Of a stretch of DNA of 39,734 bases, positions 38,386-39,734 are shown piece after piece. The DNA comes from a virus (taxonomy: Duplodnaviria; Caudoviricetes). Both the position numbers and the translations under genes were made by a program. The stretch is from the IMG/VR virus record IMGVR_UViG_3300032254_000013, positions 1 to 39,734 of that record; one strand, given 5' to 3'. Numbering within the stretch: position 1 is the stretch's first letter; each line of letters begins with the position of its first letter. Under the pieces are notes generated by a model that worked only from the letters and a program-made list of their open reading frames with translations, searched no databases and was not told where the DNA came from.

Positions 38386-38633
38386 TTTGCTGTGGAAAAG
38401 AAAGAGACGGTAAGTTTTGCTCAGAATGTGGAGCAGAGTTTATTGCGGATACCACTAAGAGAAACTTGGCTGATTATTTAGACAGGCAAGCGAAGACTGT
38501 AAAAAAGAACATTGATAACAGACTAAAAATTAAACCAGACATGGACGAGAGCACAATAAAAAAGTGGAACCAAAAAATTAAAAAATGGGAAGAATGGAGG
38601 GACTGGGTTCTCTCTGTTGAACCAGAAACATAA
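38382..38633 (+). CDS. Cassette G gene: zinc-ribbon plus coiled-coil protein
   Basis: CCG...KFCSECG; ATG in GTTATG, TAA in TAAC. Confidence 0.72.
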   Translation: MFCCGKERDGKFCSECGAEFIADTTKRNLADYLDRQAKTVKKNIDNRLKIKPDMDESTIKKWNQKIKKWEEWRDWVLSVEPET

Positions 38634-38699
38634 CGGCGCTGCTCAGTTGTTGCGACTGAGCGTAGCGAAAGAGCAATCAACTGGAGTGAATTGTTATGT
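38628..38699 (-). repeat. attC7 (72 bp)
   Basis: Minus strand TAAC-AATTC-ACTCCAGTTGATTGC...GCAACAACTGAGC-AGCGCC-GTTA; extrahelical C and A as in canonical attC. Confidence 0.9.
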
Positions 38700-38971
38700 G
38701 GGAATTTAGTGCAGAAACAAAACCAACAGCACGTAAGGATTACCATTGCGAGGCATCAGACTGGATTATAAATACAGTTGGATTGGACGAGCGAGAATTT
38801 GAGCCAGAGGATTGGGCGAAAATTGAAGAAGCAAGAAAAAATGGATTTAAGATTTTAAAGGGTGAGAAATATATAAATGTATCTGGGAAGTGGGAAGGTG
38901 AGTTTTCTACTTTCCGCGCAATACCAGAGCTTAATGATATTTGTATTAAGTACGATCTTTATTGTGATTGA
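38696..38971 (+). CDS. Cassette H gene: phage hypothetical protein
   Basis: ARKDYHC...ILKGEKY motif; ATG in GTTATG. Confidence 0.72.
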   Translation: MWEFSAETKPTARKDYHCEASDWIINTVGLDEREFEPEDWAKIEEARKNGFKILKGEKYINVSGKWEGEFSTFRAIPELNDICIKYDLYCD

Positions 38972-38973
38972 GC

Positions 38974-38995
38974 ACATAACAACAGAATATGCGGA
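38974..38995 (-). repeat. Proximal half site, candidate attI-like site
   Basis: Minus strand CCGCATAT-TCTGTT-GTTATGT has a core site but no partner arm to form a hairpin. Confidence 0.5.
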
Positions 38996-39007
38996 GTGTG
39001 CAAGGTA

Positions 39008-39310
39008 ATGTTTAGAAAGCGTACAAAATATAGCGAGAAATTAAAGGTTATGCGAAAAGCCAAAGAACGCAAACGGCTTGAAGGTGATGCGCCCGACTAT
39101 CCTATAATGCTGCCAGAGATTCGCCGCCGCATAATTATTATTGACTATGATTTTGGTGAAGTAATGCACGAAATAGTTTTAAAAAAATCAAGCCGTGTTG
39201 ACTGTTACCAGGCAGTTATCGACGGCAAGGTTTGGAGAGAAAGAATTGGCTGGTCAAAAATTTTAGAAGCCGTCCGCAAAAGTTTTATACGAGTAGGTAC
39301 GGTATGCTAA
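39008..39310 (+). CDS. Basic hypothetical protein between array and xis
   Basis: GGAG upstream; stop overlaps the xis start. Confidence 0.65.
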   Translation: MFRKRTKYSEKLKVMRKAKERKRLEGDAPDYPIMLPEIRRRIIIIDYDFGEVMHEIVLKKSSRVDCYQAVIDGKVWRERIGWSKILEAVRKSFIRVGTVC

Positions 39311-39525
39311 TGTCAGTGCAAGAATTTCGAGAAACTTGTTTTACTGAGCACTCGCGCCCTGCTTTGGCAACGATTAAATCATGGATAAAGTCGGGTGAAC
39401 TTGCAGGAAAGCGGATTGGTAGGCTATATTTTGTAGTTACAGACGATGCAATAATAGCCCACGAATCAAAACCAACAACTGAGCCCGATTTTTCAAGTTA
39501 TGAGTCCAAGCAAAAGAAAAAATGA
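39304..39525 (+). CDS. xis: Excisionase-like winged HTH protein
   Basis: MSVQEF...PALATIKSWIKSGELAGKRIGRLYFV; overlaps the integrase start. Confidence 0.75.
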   Translation: MLMSVQEFRETCFTEHSRPALATIKSWIKSGELAGKRIGRLYFVVTDDAIIAHESKPTTEPDFSSYESKQKKK

Positions 39526-39734
39526 AAAAGATAAGTGGATGCCATCCCGAGTGTACGAGGGTAAATCTGCTTATGAATATCGTCCAAAAGGTGGCGGTAA
39601 TATACGTCTATGTTCTTTAACTGCATCTAAAGCCGATGTGTGGGTTGAGTATGAAAAGCACTATAGAACGGACACCAAGCAAGGCACCGTTGCATTCTTA
39701 ATAACTGGTTACACCACAGACAAAGCCTTTATTG
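39500..39734 (+). CDS. int: Phage tyrosine integrase, N-terminal part (truncated by window end)
   Basis: Hand translation MSPSKRKNEKDKWMPSRVYEGKSAYEYRPKGGGNIRLC... is open to the edge and resembles prophage integrase arm-binding N-termini; the catalytic domain is not visible. Confidence 0.72.
   Translation, partial: MSPSKRKNEKDKWMPSRVYEGKSAYEYRPKGGGNIRLCSLTASKADVWVEYEKHYRTDTKQGTVAFLITGYTTDKAFI

Larger units (their letters stand above)
36324..38995 (-). mobile_element. Array of eight integron-type gene cassettes without IntI (CALIN-like); attC sites on minus strand, ORFs on plus strand
   Basis: Seven full attC-like hairpins, two terminal degenerate or half sites, and self-complementary ends on every cassette. 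Confidence 0.88.
65..39734. mobile_element. Temperate podovirus-like phage or prophage, nearly complete, integrase truncated by window edge
   Basis: att fragment plus lysis, virion, packaging, replication, immunity and xis/int modules in lambdoid order; no tape measure, sheath or tube genes recognised. Confidence 0.93.

Noticed and set aside
36722-38699. Intergenic palindromes as CRISPR repeats, terminators or REP/MITE elements
   Set aside because: They are not identical repeats, are separated by whole genes, lack U-tracts and target duplications, and show attC-specific asymmetry
36611-38746. Minus-strand ORFs as the true, canonically oriented cassette genes
   Set aside because: They mostly run across attC sites and lack motifs, whereas the plus-strand ORFs fit the cassette limits exactly and include a recognisable ASCH domain
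39729-39734. TTATTG shared by the first and last six bases as proof of circularity
   Set aside because: Too short and AT-rich, and joining there would stop the integrase after about 80 codons

Overview
The window is a nearly complete temperate phage or prophage genome of podovirus-like organisation, probably from a gammaproteobacterial host judging by the tRNA-His fragment. The left end carries a 46-bp tRNA-His 3' fragment (att core, 65-110) and a TPR-like plus HEPN cargo pair. The minus strand runs cro, cII-like, replication O/P-like, Q-like, small and large terminase (the large one with an intein), portal, scaffold, capsid, head-tail and ejection proteins, a 2861-aa polyvalent protein, tail fibre, endolysin and holin. 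The plus strand runs cI, two membrane proteins, a PL-type early operon of small Zn-finger genes, a Lar-like gene and a C5 DNA methyltransferase, then xis and the 5' end of a tyrosine integrase cut by the window edge. The main discovery is at 36324-38995: eight small genes are each packaged as an integron-type gene cassette, separated by seven complete attC-like hairpins with canonical R/L boxes, 5-nt and 6-7-nt spacers and extrahelical bases. Each cassette's two ends are 8-9-bp perfect complements, as expected for circular cassettes recombined at G|TT. All cassette ORFs are inverted relative to the canonical attC direction, so the sites supply their RBS, start and stop codons inside the phage early operon. 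No IntI integrase is visible, and some cassette genes are paralogues of ordinary phage backbone genes. All calls come from reading the sequence; no database searches were run.
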